A stretch of 64,000 bases of DNA, taken from the NCBI GenBank assembly GCA_951406725.2, contig OX597815.1, positions 200,508,001 through 200,572,000 of the forward strand. Direction: 5' to 3'. The stretch comes from Octopus vulgaris. Its lineage: Eukaryota. Every line of letters begins with the position of its first letter. Within the stretch, counting starts at the first letter, position 1. Made by a program: the position numbers and the translations under genes. This document shows, piece by piece, positions 27,281-41,080 of this stretch. The notes beneath the pieces are model-generated. The model searched no databases. It was not told where the DNA came from and saw nothing but the letters and a program-made list of their open reading frames with translations.

Positions 27281-28354
27281 AAATTAAAATTAAGGATACA
27301 ATATATATTAGAATTTATCAGGTAGTCAGCATGTAATAACCAATTAATGTAAAATTAAATGAGTATATAAGTTTATAAGTATATTTATAAAACCATATTA
27401 ACGGCAAAAAGCGAATCTAGCAACAGGCCTAGCCACATGCTGAAAGAAGACGCCAAATGGCGCAACAGTGCCTCAGGTATCACGACAGTACGCACTGAAA
27501 GCGAGGAAATAACCGAGAAGATTTATGAATAGGTTCCGTCATAGGCGCAGGAGTGGCTGTGTGGTAAGTAGCTTGTTTACCAACCACATGGTTCCGGGTT
27601 CAGTCCCACTGCGTGGCATTTTGGGCAAGTGTCTTCTACTATAGCTTCGGGCCAACCAAAGCCTTGTGAGTGGATTTGGTAGACGGAAACTGAAAGAAGC
27701 CTGTCGTATATATGTATATATATATATATATGTGTGTGTTTGTGTGTCTGTGTTTGTCCCCCTAGCATTGCTTGACAACCGATGCTGGTGTGTTTATGTC
27801 CCCGTCATCAGCGGTTCGGCAAAAAGACCGATAGAATAAGTACTGGGCTTACAAAGAATAAGTCCCGGGGTCGAGTTGCTCGACTAAAGGCGGTGCTCCA
27901 GCATGGCCGCAGTCAACTGACTGAAACAAGTAAAAGAGTAAAAGAGTAAAGAGAGATCAATTGATTTAGGAATGTCAAGGAAAACCCATTTTTCTTCATT
28001 AGCATAACACAACCATATGCATATAGTTATACACAACTCTACATAACCCAGGAACTGAATAGTCCCGCGGTGTATATACAACCTTCCAGAATTACACACA
28101 AATTAAAATTTAAAAAATCTAGTTCGTTTATCTCAATTCGGTTATCTCAATTATTATCTAGTTTGTTTATGTCATTACGAAATCAATTGCTCCATAGCTG
28201 ACCTATTCATGAATCCTTTCGTTTATTCCCCCGCCTTCAGTCCGTGTTTACATGATACTTCAGGGAGTTTTGCGCCATTTGGCATCTTCTTTTATAAATG
28301 CAGCTTGGCCTTTTGTAAGACTCACATTTTGCACTTAAAATGTTTTTAAATACT
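27281..28354. repeat. Long imperfect inverted repeat element interrupted by a SINE
   Basis: 27378-27535 plus 27955-27977 pair with 28170-28354, e.g. aaagaagacgccaaatggcgcaa / ttgcgccatttggcatcttctttt. Confidence 0.8.
27543..27952 (+). mobile_element. tRNA-derived SINE family A, full length, nested in the hairpin element
   Basis: Same sequence as 13708; (AGTAAAAG)n tail. Confidence 0.9.
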
Positions 28355-28408
28355 CTCTCTCCCCTCCTTCTCCCTCTCTCTCTCTATATATATATACATA
28401 TATGTATG

Positions 28409-28489
<81 letters not shown>

Positions 28490-28510
28490 ACAGGACTGTC
28501 TCTATATATA

Positions 28511-28896
28511 CAGGACTGTCACGTTAAGTTGACAGTATAGAACCACTCTATCGCTCCACCACCGTACATATCTCTATGAGATATTTAGAAATTTAATATT
28601 TCTGATTTTGGTGATCAGTGAAAAAACTTCACTGAAAATATATATATTTCCGAATTCTAGACAGATACCTTCAGCTAGCAGGTCTCTGCACCTCTAGACC
28701 GATGATGGGCAAAGACCCTGAAACATGCGTGTCTCTAGATGCAGGCCTAGCTGTTGGGTGGTATTTGTCTCCCCTTCGTAAATATATAAATGTGTCGAGG
28801 CCGACAGGAAGCGTCGATGCTTCCTAGGGCTAAACAGCGGTGTGGAAATTCCCTTACAGGACTATCACATTATGTTGACAGTATAGAACCACTCTA
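28511..28896 (+). mobile_element. Retrozyme-like element family R1: ~346-nt monomer with 40-nt terminal direct repeat
   Basis: caggactgtcacgttaagttgacagtatagaaccactcta at 28511-28550 recurs, slightly diverged, at 28857-28896. Non-coding, (TA)n on both sides, internal HHR. Confidence 0.8.
28672..28753 (+). ncRNA. Type-I hammerhead ribozyme with extended stem I (U4C core)
   Basis: CAGCTAG..CTGCA-cc-TCTAGA-CCGATGA-tGGG caaaga CCCt-GAAAC-A TGCG T-GTC-TCTAGA-TGCAG..CTAGCTG; predicted cut after 28733. Confidence 0.75.
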
Positions 28897-28920
28897 TATA
28901 TATATATATGATTATACTTC

Positions 28921-29560
28921 TAATAATATCAGTGGCTTAGCATGCGTAAAAAATAAACTCATAACGTTAAAAATTATCAATTAATAATTAAGTGGTATCG
29001 GCACGTTAACTATAGTAGTCAAAATGACCAAACCACAATTTTTCACTTAAACAAATAAGTGAAAGTCGGCAAATGAATAAAAATCCTAAAACCCCATAAC
29101 AATGATGAAAACATCTTACTTTGTCTTCAGCGAGTCTTACTGATCCCAGGGTTAAAGAGATTATTCATCTTACCAATTAGATGAGTATATAGGCAAATTT
29201 TAAAAAGGTGATCGAAGTGAATAAAAATTATTTAAATGTACATGAGGATATTTTGATAATAATTTCAGTGGCTTAATATGCGTAAAAACCGATAGCAGTA
29301 AAAAATTATCAATTGCTAATTAAGAGTAAAACGAGTAGTACCGGCATGCTAAATATAGCAGTCAAAATAACCAAACCACAAACCGCTGAAGATGAAGTAA
29401 TACTTTTTCTCAAAGATCGAAATCACGGTGAAACGGATATGCCTGGCTTTTACAGACTTCGATTATTTTCGTCATTGGTGCGGGGTTTTAGGCATTTTAT
29501 TCATTTGCCCGCTTTCACCTTTGTGCATTATTGAAAATTTGCGGTTTGTTCATTTTAACT
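28921..29560. repeat. TA-flanked element with a diverged direct repeat and an inverted repeat
   Basis: 28921-29037 is similar to 29257-29381 (direct); 29012-29112 is inverted relative to 29465-29555. Confidence 0.65.
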
Positions 29561-29561
29561 G

Positions 29562-29596
<35 letters not shown>

Positions 29597-29932
29597 GCTA
29601 ATATGAAAAGTGAGAATAAGTGCTCGACACTATGTTCGTGGATAAATATTCTTTATTATGAATGAACGACGCAAGCAATTGATTCATGTGAAGAGAGATC
29701 TTCGCAATTGTTCGAGCGTATCACATTGAAGTGTTGTTACTTGCTTCCATTTTGAATTACGTTTTACGGGCTTGTAAGTTTGGGGAGATTGTTCGGGATT
29801 TCAAAATAATCAGATAGATGAATGGAGTTAACTTATACGAATAAATTTACTGTTATCTGCCTTACATTAGACTTGGTCTTTTGCAAGAAATTCCGTTCAC
29901 TAGCAAAGGACATAAATTTATTTGTGTGTATG

Positions 29933-30009
<77 letters not shown>

Positions 30010-30125
30010 ATGTAAATATAAATATAAATATAAATATATATGTGTCAATATCAACCTATAGAAAGTACTGATAAATGTGTGCATGTGTGTATATCTATAT
30101 CTATCTACCTATCTATCGATGTATG

Positions 30126-30165
<40 letters not shown>

Positions 30166-30193
30166 TATAAATATATAAATATAATATAAATAT

Positions 30194-30236
<43 letters not shown>

Positions 30237-32050
30237 GATAGACAGGTAGATAGATATAGATATACACACACGCACGCACACACATACATACACACGCACA
30301 CAAACTGATGCACATATATATTTATCAGTACTTTCTATAGGTTGATATTGACACACATTATTTGGGGAAATTTGTTTCCATATGCTATGCGTGAAATTCG
30401 ACCCCCGGGTCATGAGTTTTCAGTCTGATTAAATTATTTTGTATGCCAGAAAATAACAAGCATAAATACAAATTACTAATTCTTTAGCAAACTCTGTTTT
30501 ATTTTACGAACATTGAAGTCAACAAGTTGATGCGTGACGTTCCTTCTCGAATGTCTAATATTTGCAAATATAATGACCTTTTGTAAATATTATTCACACC
30601 GTATACTTTGTATCTTGTTATCCGTCTACAATATTTCCCACATAAATATACATTAGACTAAATGTGTATGGAAAGCTTATATTTCCAGTAGAATATCATT
30701 TTGGGAGGACTATTATATTTTAGAAAATAGCGAATAAAAGTACAAATGGGGACATCATTGGTGAGGTCATTTGTGAATATGAATGGTGTTTACGAAATGA
30801 TTAGTGTTCGAGTTTTGACGACCATCATACTGGCTTCAAATTTTGGCACAAGTGCAGAAAGTTTGGGGAGGAGAGGAGGTCGATTACATCGAATCCATTG
30901 TTCAGCATGTACTTATTTTATCGGTACCTAATGGATGAAGGGCAAAGTCGACGTACGCGAAATTTGAACTCAGAATGTAAAAACGGACGAATTGCTGCTA
31001 AGCATTTTGCCCGGTGTGCGGACTCCAGTAACACACTCATTTGCATACAGCCAATCAGAGCTCACCTTTACCTTCTGGTCAAGTTAACAAACACACTCTA
31101 CCAAGTAAACTAAAGACGAAGAACGGTGTAGTAATTACCGATCGCCAATCTATGCCTGATTTTAGAAGGAGACAGATACTTAGATAGATTTGCGTCTACA
31201 CCAATTATGGCATATTTTTGGTCCCCCTATAGTAAAGGTGTAGATGGAAAAATCTGGGTAGAAGGTGCTATGCTAGAAACCATCTCACCTTACTGTTTTA
31301 CAATGTAAGCAACCACACAATTAAATACACAGATGCAGCCATGTTTGCAATCAGAACAAGAACATTAGGCATGGATAGCTTATCGAAAATGGATAGTTTA
31401 TCATCTCAAGATGACTATATTTTGTAGGTATATTGCACCTCATAAAATTATTGACACTTGATAACTTATCTGTAACCGACACGAGATCATGATTGAATAT
31501 GATAAAGTCTAACTATAGCCAGATATTAGAGTACACTATATCTTATTATCTTATTATCTACATATTCACATAGACACCAATACGTACATGTACATATATA
31601 CACACATATCTATCAATCAATCTATCTATTTATGTGTCTATATGTGTGCACTTATACAAATATATGGTTTGAAAACACACACCTGTGCCTAACGGACCCA
31701 ATTAATTTTTGTCCAGTCGAAGCATTCATTCGTTCAGTCAGCAGTCAAAACTAATGTGAAAGATTGTGTTACCCTATATTTTAATGTTTGGTAAATAGTA
31801 ATATCCTACTATTATTTTCGAATAAGTAAATGGAAATTACAGATATACTAATATCCTCATGTTTGTTTTGACTTAGTTGAGTAAATAATAGTTATATACC
31901 AACCAATCATCTTGCGAATAACTCGGTAAATGTGTTACCTATCGCATGTGTAATATCTTTGGAAAAGGGCAGTTTACATTTGCGTTCGTTTCATGACATT
32001 TTAAACATGAATGATATATATGTGTGTGTGTGTGTGTGTGTATATATATA

Positions 32051-32432
32051 CCTCGAGAAAATACTCTACCAGATAACACTCGAGAAATTTGGAAGCACCT
32101 TCTCCACCTATATCCAGAACAACTGGAAAAGATACCTCGATGACTGTTTCATCATCTGGGATAAAAGTATAGAGAAACTTGAGGAAATTAAAATTCTATT
32201 AAATGGAATAAATGATAATATACAATTCACGATGGATCATAACGAAGAAGAATTACCATTTTAGACATCCTCATTAAGAAAACCGGCAACAAAATAGAGA
32301 CAGATATCTACTCTAAACCGACAGACTCCAAACAGTACCTACCCTTTGATTCATACCACCCACGACACACTAGCATAAATGTCCCTTCTTGTTTAGCTAG
32401 AAGGATTTGCACCATAATATCAGACACAGATA
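32051..32432 (+). pseudogene. PLE reverse transcriptase fragment (Neptune-like), one frameshift
   Basis: WKRYLDDCFIIW..IQFTMDH..ELPF/LDILIKK..IETDIYSKPTDSKQYLPFDSYHPRHT..NVPFCLARRICTII; starts directly at (TA)n. Confidence 0.9.
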
Positions 32433-32436
32433 TCGT

Positions 32437-33212
32437 CTTGTGGGTAGTAAACAACTAGGTATTTCGTCTGTCGCTACGTTCTGAGTTCAAATTCAACATA
32501 GGTCAACTTTGCCTTTCATCCTTTTGAGGTCGATTAAATAAGTACGGGTTACACACTGGGGTCGATATAATCGACTTAATCCGTTTGTCTTTCCTTGTTT
32601 GACCCCGGTATGTTTAGCCCCTTGTGGGTAGTAAAGGTACAGGTATTTCGCCTGCCGTTACGTTCTGAGATCAAATTACATCAATTACATCGACCCCAGT
32701 GCGTAACTGGTACTTATTTTAATCGACCCCGAAAGATGAAAGGCAAAGTCGACCTCAGCGGAATTTGAACTCAGAACGTAGCGACAGACGAAATACCTAG
32801 TTGTTTACTACCCACAAGGGGCTAAACACAGAATGGACAAAAAAGGAGAGACAAACGGACTAAGTCGATTATATCGACCCCAGTGTGTAACTGGTACTTA
32901 CTTAATCGACCCCGAAAGGATGAAAGGCAAAGTCGACCTCGGCGGAATTTGAACTAAGAACGTAGCGGCAGACGAAATACCTATTTCTTTACTACCCACA
33001 AGGGGCTAAACACAGAGAGGACAAACAAGGACAGACAAACGGATTAAGTCGATTATATCGACCCCAGTGCGTGACTGGTACTTACTTAATCGACCCCGAA
33101 AGGATGAAAGGCAAAGTCGACCTCGGCGGAATTTGAACTCAGAGCGTAGCGGCAGACGAAATACTGCTAAGCATTTCGCCCGGCGTGCTAGCGTTTCTGC
33201 CAGCTCACCGCC
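32437..33212. mobile_element. SINE family B array: plus-strand partial (32437-32681) joined to a minus-strand triple tandem (32682-33212)
   Basis: Three ~185-bp repeats of ATCGACCCCAGTG..GAAAGGCAAAGTCGACCTC..GAATTTGAACT; head GGCGGTGAGCTGGCAGAAACG at 33212. Confidence 0.9.
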
Positions 33213-34269
33213 CTTATAACGTAACAATACTGAAAAGTAATTGATGAGCTAATATCGGAAGCGTGCTGAAAGAATAATGAATTTTATCGATGAAATGGTT
33301 TAAACGAAATTGTCAAAAATATATACTAATACGTTTATATTCACTTTTTCATTACTACCTCAAAGAACTGTATTAAAAAAATCGGCATTTCTTTGATCTT
33401 TAGATGTTCTTTAAGATATTAGTGCGGATTTGTTAACCAAGAATAAGTATGTTAAACTTGAACACGAGAGTAAAGTTTGAACCTATTTGATAAACTTGAA
33501 AAGATTTTCGTCTTAAGTTTGCTTTTTGCGAAACACACGTGTGTTAACTATGAAAATTTATCCCATCAAGAATACAACAAATATGCAATCCGGCTGAGCA
33601 CAGCATAAGACTGCAGAATGTGTGCCAAATAAGACTCGAACTACTGTTTTGAACTTAAATAATTTTAGAACACACTGAGTTACGCACACTTATACTTATA
33701 GGTATATTCATACGTATATATACACACATGCATGCACACGTTTACAGGTATAAATATATGATGTATGGACGCAAATCTGTAGTTGTGTATAAAAATGATG
33801 TCAGCTAGTTGTACGTAAATTTGGTATCAAACTCTAATTTACTATCTGTATGCATGTATGTATGTATGGTGGAGACTGATATACGTTAACTCTTCCATGC
33901 ATACAAACATACGCACATGCACCTATACCCACACAGTTTGAAAATTGTCTCTGAGTTTCATCTGTCTGTCATGTTATCTTAGCGTTTATTTATACAGATA
34001 TATGAAGATGCCTGCCTTTCTGCTTGTGTGTGTAATTGAAATACAGGGAGAGAGGGAAATAGAGAGATAGAGAGAGAGAGAGCGATAGAAAGAGACAGAG
34101 AGAGCATTTATAGCATCTATATTTAATGATATATGAGTCTTTAACTACATATTATCTATAAATTCCTACACAACGACCAACACTCATTCACAAACAGGTA
34201 TGTATGATTAGTATCAATGAATAAATAATTCATACTTCTACGCGTACACACGTTTGTAATATACATCTG

Positions 34270-34404
<135 letters not shown>

Positions 34405-34710
34405 CGGCAGTATAGGTCTATCTGTGCTGCAGTGTGGTAAAGTATACGTTGATTTACCGAGATGCAATATAGATTATATATTCCCCCGTAATCGCACGCA
34501 TTCACCCAGACATACTTCAATACTTATGCACTCGCATGTACGTTCGCATGTTACAGATGACAACTTGAAGACGCACGCACACGCGTACATCGATTTCTGC
34601 GTACATGGCTATGTATGCACTCCTCTCCGTCTGTTAAACACTTTTCTTATATTTCACTAGCCATAGATGCATACTCGCACACATATACACACATATGTAT
34701 GTGCATGTAA

Positions 34711-34751
<41 letters not shown>

Positions 34752-34806
34752 ATATATATAAATATATATATATATAAATATATATGTGTGTGTGTTCTTG
34801 TATGAA

Positions 34807-34902
<96 letters not shown>

Positions 34903-35429
34903 TATATATATATATATGTATATATACATTTGTATACATATATATAAAAAATATAGGCACATATACACACACATATGTATATGTACATATACTTACATAT
35001 ATGTATAAATATATATATATATATATATATGTATAAGTGTGTGTATGTGTGCATGTGTGCGTATGCGTGCAGATACATAAACAAACACACACATGTAGAG
35101 GCACTTTCCTCAATCTAACACCTTCAAAACTTTCATTAGACATTGATTTTCTTCTACGTAGAAGTTTTGCCAAAGAAATGTCTCATATATTTACACTTTC
35201 GACATATTATTCAGAATCATATGACTCAATGAAGCAAATTATTCGGCGCCAAACGATTGGCTACACCTGTGAGAAATCTTTGAAGCTAAATAGCAAGGGC
35301 TGCTTTCTCATTATTCACATTAAGAACTCTTTACACTTCCTATAACTATTAATTTTATTTGTCCCTAGATGAGGCGTTGACCTGTTCAGTGAAAGCTGCT
35401 AACGATGATGATGCTGATGCTGATGTTGT

Positions 35430-35491
<62 letters not shown>

Positions 35492-35543
35492 ATACTACAA
35501 TTACTACTACGAATACTACTACTACTACTGCTGCTACTACTAA

Positions 35544-35606
<63 letters not shown>

Positions 35607-36451
35607 AACAACTATGGGCACCAGTGCTTATTCGAATCGTCTATCTATCTATCTATATGTATATATATGGATATATATATATTCATCTATCCATCTATGT
35701 GTATCTCTACCTATTCATTCATCCATCTATTTATCCTTCTCTCTCCCTATGTATGTATGTATGTATGCATCTATCTCTCTCTCTTTCTCTCTCTCTCTAT
35801 ATATATATTTATATATATGTATATATACATACATATATATATTCATCTATCCATGTATGTATATCTCTATGTATTCATCCATCCATCTATTTATCTTTCT
35901 CTCTCCCTATGTATGTATGTATGTATGCATGTATATATCTATCTATCTTTATATTCATTTACTTGTTTATACGTATTTATCTTGGTGAGTCATTTTATGT
36001 AGGAGTCTGCCTAAAATCTAGTAACTTTGTGTTTCTTTTACAATTGATTCTTCTTACTTTATTTTGAATTTCACCACTTACAGGAAACATCTTTAATGGA
36101 TAGGCTAGAAATAGACACCAAGATATCCTCACCATCTCAAGCATTGGAGAAGGATGCGTCTAGATCATATATATGTGGCTAATCAACATTGGACTGATCA
36201 TAGTTTAATCAACGCGAATAAATGCAACCTTCCAAGAAAGATCTTTAAGGAAGATAAAAAAAGAAAAAACATGCGGTATGCCTTGAATCTCCATCCTCAA
36301 AATTCGAAATATCAATTGAAGATTTTGATATTCCTTTATAACGTTATGAAAGATACAAGTGCTATTTTTCACATCCCGCCACTTTTCTCGACAACATTAT
36401 TGAATAGTACTTATGTTTTAAGAAACATAAAATCGTCTACCTGAAACATTG

Positions 36452-36531
<80 letters not shown>

Positions 36532-36717
36532 TTATCTATATATATATATGTATATATATCTGTGTGTCTACTTACACACTATGGAAGTTTATATATTATT
36601 TGTAGGTGAACATGGCTACCATAGGTTACATGTGGAGACACAACTCGCAACAATTATCAAGCCTTCCCCATGAAAGTGAAATCGTAGTACTTAAATCTAA
36701 TGGGGGGGGAAATTGAG

Positions 36718-37587
36718 CCGGTAGGTTGGTGTCGTAGCCGGGATGCTTGCCGCAAACATTTTTGCCGCAGGAAAATTCGTCTCAAGGTTTTGGGCCTTAG
36801 GAAAGTTCGTCGCATAGGAAATTCTGCCGTAAGAAAATTCTCTGCATAGGAAATTTTGCCGCAAGACAGTTTCATCGAAAACAAGATGAATTACTCCCTT
36901 GGTAAATAAATTCTTCAACCAGCCTATTTATTATATTATTATAGCAAATCTATAGGGGGTGTCAAAATAAAGCAATGTAACAGATGATAATGTTTTCAAA
37001 AAATAAAATAAAATAAAATTCTGCTTTAATAAAAAGTAATACGATATAAATATAATAACATTTACAAAGAACAAAAAGAAACCAAAAATCAGTTAAATCT
37101 AAAACAGAATTATATATAAATAAAAAAAACATATACAGTAATCACTCGACTATCATAGGTGTTAAGTTCGAAAAACCCCCGCGATAAGTAAAAATCTGTG
37201 AATTAGAATCAGTACTGTATATTTCTTTTCATTATTTTTGTCATTTGTATACATTAATTTTATAATAAATGCAAAACAACACAACGCAGGAATCGACGTA
37301 ACCTTAAATAATAAGCCGCGATAGTTGAACCGCTATATCGTAAAAGATTACTGTATATTTAAAAAACAATCTTTTTTCAGGGCTGTAATTTCTCTAAATC
37401 AGGTTGACTGCGATATATTCTAAATTATGTTTACGATGAATTTATCCTACGGCAAAATTTCAGGTACGGCAAAGTTTTCTAAGGCGAGTTTCCTACGGCG
37501 AGTTTCCTATGGCGAGTATCCTACGGCGAGTTTCCTACGGCGAGTTTCTTGCGACAAAATGTTTATGGCGAATGTTCCTTGAACCGG
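36718..37587. mobile_element. Mutator/foldback-like non-autonomous DNA element with subterminal 14-16-bp tandem repeats
   Basis: Left cgtaggaaa.ttc-type repeats (36750-36880) are inverted relative to right (tttcctacggcgag)n (37430-37587). Confidence 0.6.
37136..37353. mobile_element. pogo/Tigger-like MITE nested in the previous element
   Basis: TA|CAGTAATC...GATTACTG|TA termini. Confidence 0.7.
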
Positions 37588-38117
37588 TCAGTGCACTTGG
37601 TTTTCACAGTGACTGCAAACAGAGGTGTGGGTTTGATTCTTATTGTTTTTTTTTTTTTCTTTATTTTTGTGATAAAGGGCTTATATACAGCAATATAACA
37701 CGGTGAACACTTATTCCCTTCAAAGAATCGTATTAAGTATATAAATGTAGCATCCAACTATTCACCCTTCATAATAGAGGGATTAGTTAGGAATATTTTT
37801 ACGAGGATTTCTAGATTATCTGCTAATAATAAAATGTTCGAATCTCTGCTCTAGCTAGGGCTGTGTACCGGGGAAAATTCAGTATATAAAAGAAGCAGGC
37901 ATGCACGACACTGGTAATACCGATTAACCAGTTATTTAAGAAGACTGACCATTGTGGCTCCAAAGTTGGAGATAGTATTCATCGTATTTTCGATAAATAG
38001 TCTCCCACGCCAAAATTGTGACATGCCGCTTCGAGTTATGTGTGTTTGCATATGTATGTGTGTATGTATGTATGTATGTATGTATGTATGTATGTATGTA
38101 TGTATGTATTTTTTAAA

Positions 38118-38295
38118 TTCTATTTTATCTAATTTCAGCTCACGAGCTGTGGCCATGCTGGGGCACCGCCATTGGAATGCTCACAGCACCTAGGTTTCCC
38201 AAGTGGTCACCCATTTAAGTACTAACTAGGCTCGATGTTGCTTAACTTCGGTGATCGGACGAGAACCAGTGCTTTCAACGTGATATGGCCTAAGC
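38118..38295 (-). mobile_element. 5S rRNA-derived SINE3-like retrocopy (5S part 38177-38295 + LINE-type tail)
   Basis: Minus: GCTTAGGCCATATCACGTTGAAAGCACTGGTTCTCGTCCGATCACCGAAGTTAAGCAACATCGAGCCTAGTTAGTACTTAAATGGGTGACCACTTGGGAAACCTAGGTGCTGTGAGCAT, then GGCGGTGCCCCAGCATGGCCACAGCTCGTGAGCTGAAA. Confidence 0.9.
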
Positions 38296-38334
38296 ATATG
38301 TATGTATGTACCTGTTTATGTATGTATGTATGTA

Positions 38335-38370
<36 letters not shown>

Positions 38371-39102
38371 TGAAGGCATCAATATGTCTCTGGATATGTA
38401 ATGTTACTTCAAATCGACCTGAATCAAAGAGAGATGTGATAAGTTACTTTACAGCGGGCATGCAGCCATTTTTGAGGGTTAGTGTAGTCCAGACAAATTT
38501 ATTTAATGTGTTCGTATTTTATAATGGTAGGGTCAATTTTGAGGAAGGTTTGTCAAAAGTTTCGAACAAGTGAAATAGCAACTTGTAACCTTACGTCAAT
38601 GGGTTTGTAACAGTTTCTCAACCTTTTGTAGCCCGTGTTGTTTTATTGTGGCTATATGTCTTCAGTACAACCCATACACCTGAAATGCATATGATAGATA
38701 ACATTCCAGTGATAATACTCCATTATTTATCTGGATCTATAAGTGTATTATCCAAACGTTCACATCTTTGCGATAGTGACGTCAATATTATCAGCGACTC
38801 ACATGATGTATTTTAAGAAGTCAAACGACAATGTCAATAATACCTTTGTGAATAGTACTTAATTCAAAAACTTACCGGCTGCCCTTATTTCAGAAAATAA
38901 ATTGTAAACATATCTTGAAGGAAACAAATATTTGTAAAGAATAATTTAATTTACTGTATCGGCTTGATTTCAGTACGTTTCGCACATATAAACATTTCAA
39001 GACTGATGCACTTATGGGGCTGAGGGGTCCGTCCTATAATCTAAAGTTTCAGCGAATGACAAGTAGAGTAATAAATGAGATATATAACGGAAATATAGAA
39101 AG

Positions 39103-39569
<467 letters not shown>

Positions 39570-39656
39570 ATACTAACAATGATAGTGCGCAGGCAAACAT
39601 AAGCACGTACGCACGCATTCACATACAGACGCATTCACACAAGTATATTATATATA

Positions 39657-39850
39657 CAGGGAGAGTTTACGAAAAAAAAAACAAACGACGAAGACAGGTG
39701 GTGTACAAAACAAACAGATGTCTTAGTATAACGCTCAGGAATAGAGAAAAGTCTTTTACGTTTCGAGCCTACGCTCTTCTACAGAAAGGGACACAGAAAA
39801 AACAAAAAAACAAGGAGAGAAAAAATGGAGAGAAACAAGGAGAGAAAAAA
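39657..39850 (-). mobile_element. Family R3 copy, HHR-like motif 39753-39788
   Basis: Motif identical to 12365-12400. Confidence 0.75.
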
Positions 39851-40295
39851 TATATAAATATACGCGTTTGTGTATGGATATATGCGCCACGTACACATAT
39901 GTATATTTATATATAATCCTATACTCATTTTCGTCACTAGAATGCGGCAATAAGGAGGCGACACTTGTTCTAGTTGATCAAATAAACCGAAGTATATATT
40001 CATTAAAATCTACCAATAATTCTATAACTCTCTTACACCGGACACTCCCCACCCCTACATACAGACACGTCTTCACACGTACACACACACACACACATAT
40101 ACACACACATATACATAACAGATACGTAAGCAACGGAAGAAGAGATATTGGCCTCTGTATTACTGCGTCTGACCCCAACTCCATTGTACTCATTCTCCTG
40201 AGTTATGTATTTTATTACCTCATTCATATACAATATCATATCCCAGCAGAAGCAGATTCGTATAATCCATAGCTACACACTCATAAACCCATGCA

Positions 40296-40397
<102 letters not shown>

Positions 40398-40408
40398 GAT
40401 AAATAGAT

Positions 40409-40449
<41 letters not shown>

Positions 40450-40759
40450 TGTATGTATATATATATATATATATATTGTATATATGTATATATATATATA
40501 CACATACATATATATATTTGAATATATATGTTCACATATATATACATGCAAATACATACGCACAAACACAGCCACAAACTCACACACATGCACCAACACA
40601 TACACACACACACATCCACACAAACACACGTAGTGTTGGCATGTCTCTAGCTTTGCGTATGTGCAATGCTATGTATCATGTGAAGCACATGTAAATGTGT
40701 AATGAATGAGATTGAACGAATTCTTCTAACACGGTCTGTTACTTAAAAGACATGAAAGG

Positions 40760-41080
40760 CCTACTGAGCTAAACTGCTGCAGATAATGTTTCAAGAACTC
40801 CTTGACCACGACAGCGTAATGACCCCCTACACGTAAGAAGGACGAAGAGCAAATGCCAGGTCACACACAACTAGTCTCCCTGACATCGTATATCAACAAG
40901 TTCAGGGAAGAAATTATTTATGAGAAGCTGATAACTTTCTTAGAAAATAATAAACTGCTAAGTAATAGGCAGAATGGTTTCAGTTGAAGTAGAATCTGTC
41001 ATGCGCGGCTTCCATCGCTATTTATTGATACGTTGTTAAAAGCATCTCATACAATATCGAATGCTGATATGGTATAAACT
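40760..41080 (+). pseudogene. Decayed CR1-like RT fragment
   Basis: ..LVSLTSYINKF.EEIIYEKLITFLENNKLLSNRQNGFS*SRIC, corresponding to RPISLTS..K..E...QHGFR. Confidence 0.7.

Noticed and set aside
35355-36067. Thr-rich mucin-like ORF (35359-35988)
   Set aside because: (ACT)n microsatellite running into TATC/TATG repeats; no signal peptide or splice support.
37430-37560. CRISPR-like short repeats
   Set aside because: 14-bp tandem units without unique spacers, mirrored at the other end of a DNA element, in eukaryotic DNA.
38177-38295. Functional 5S rRNA gene
   Set aside because: Solitary, several substitutions, no poly-T terminator, and fused to a retroposon tail.
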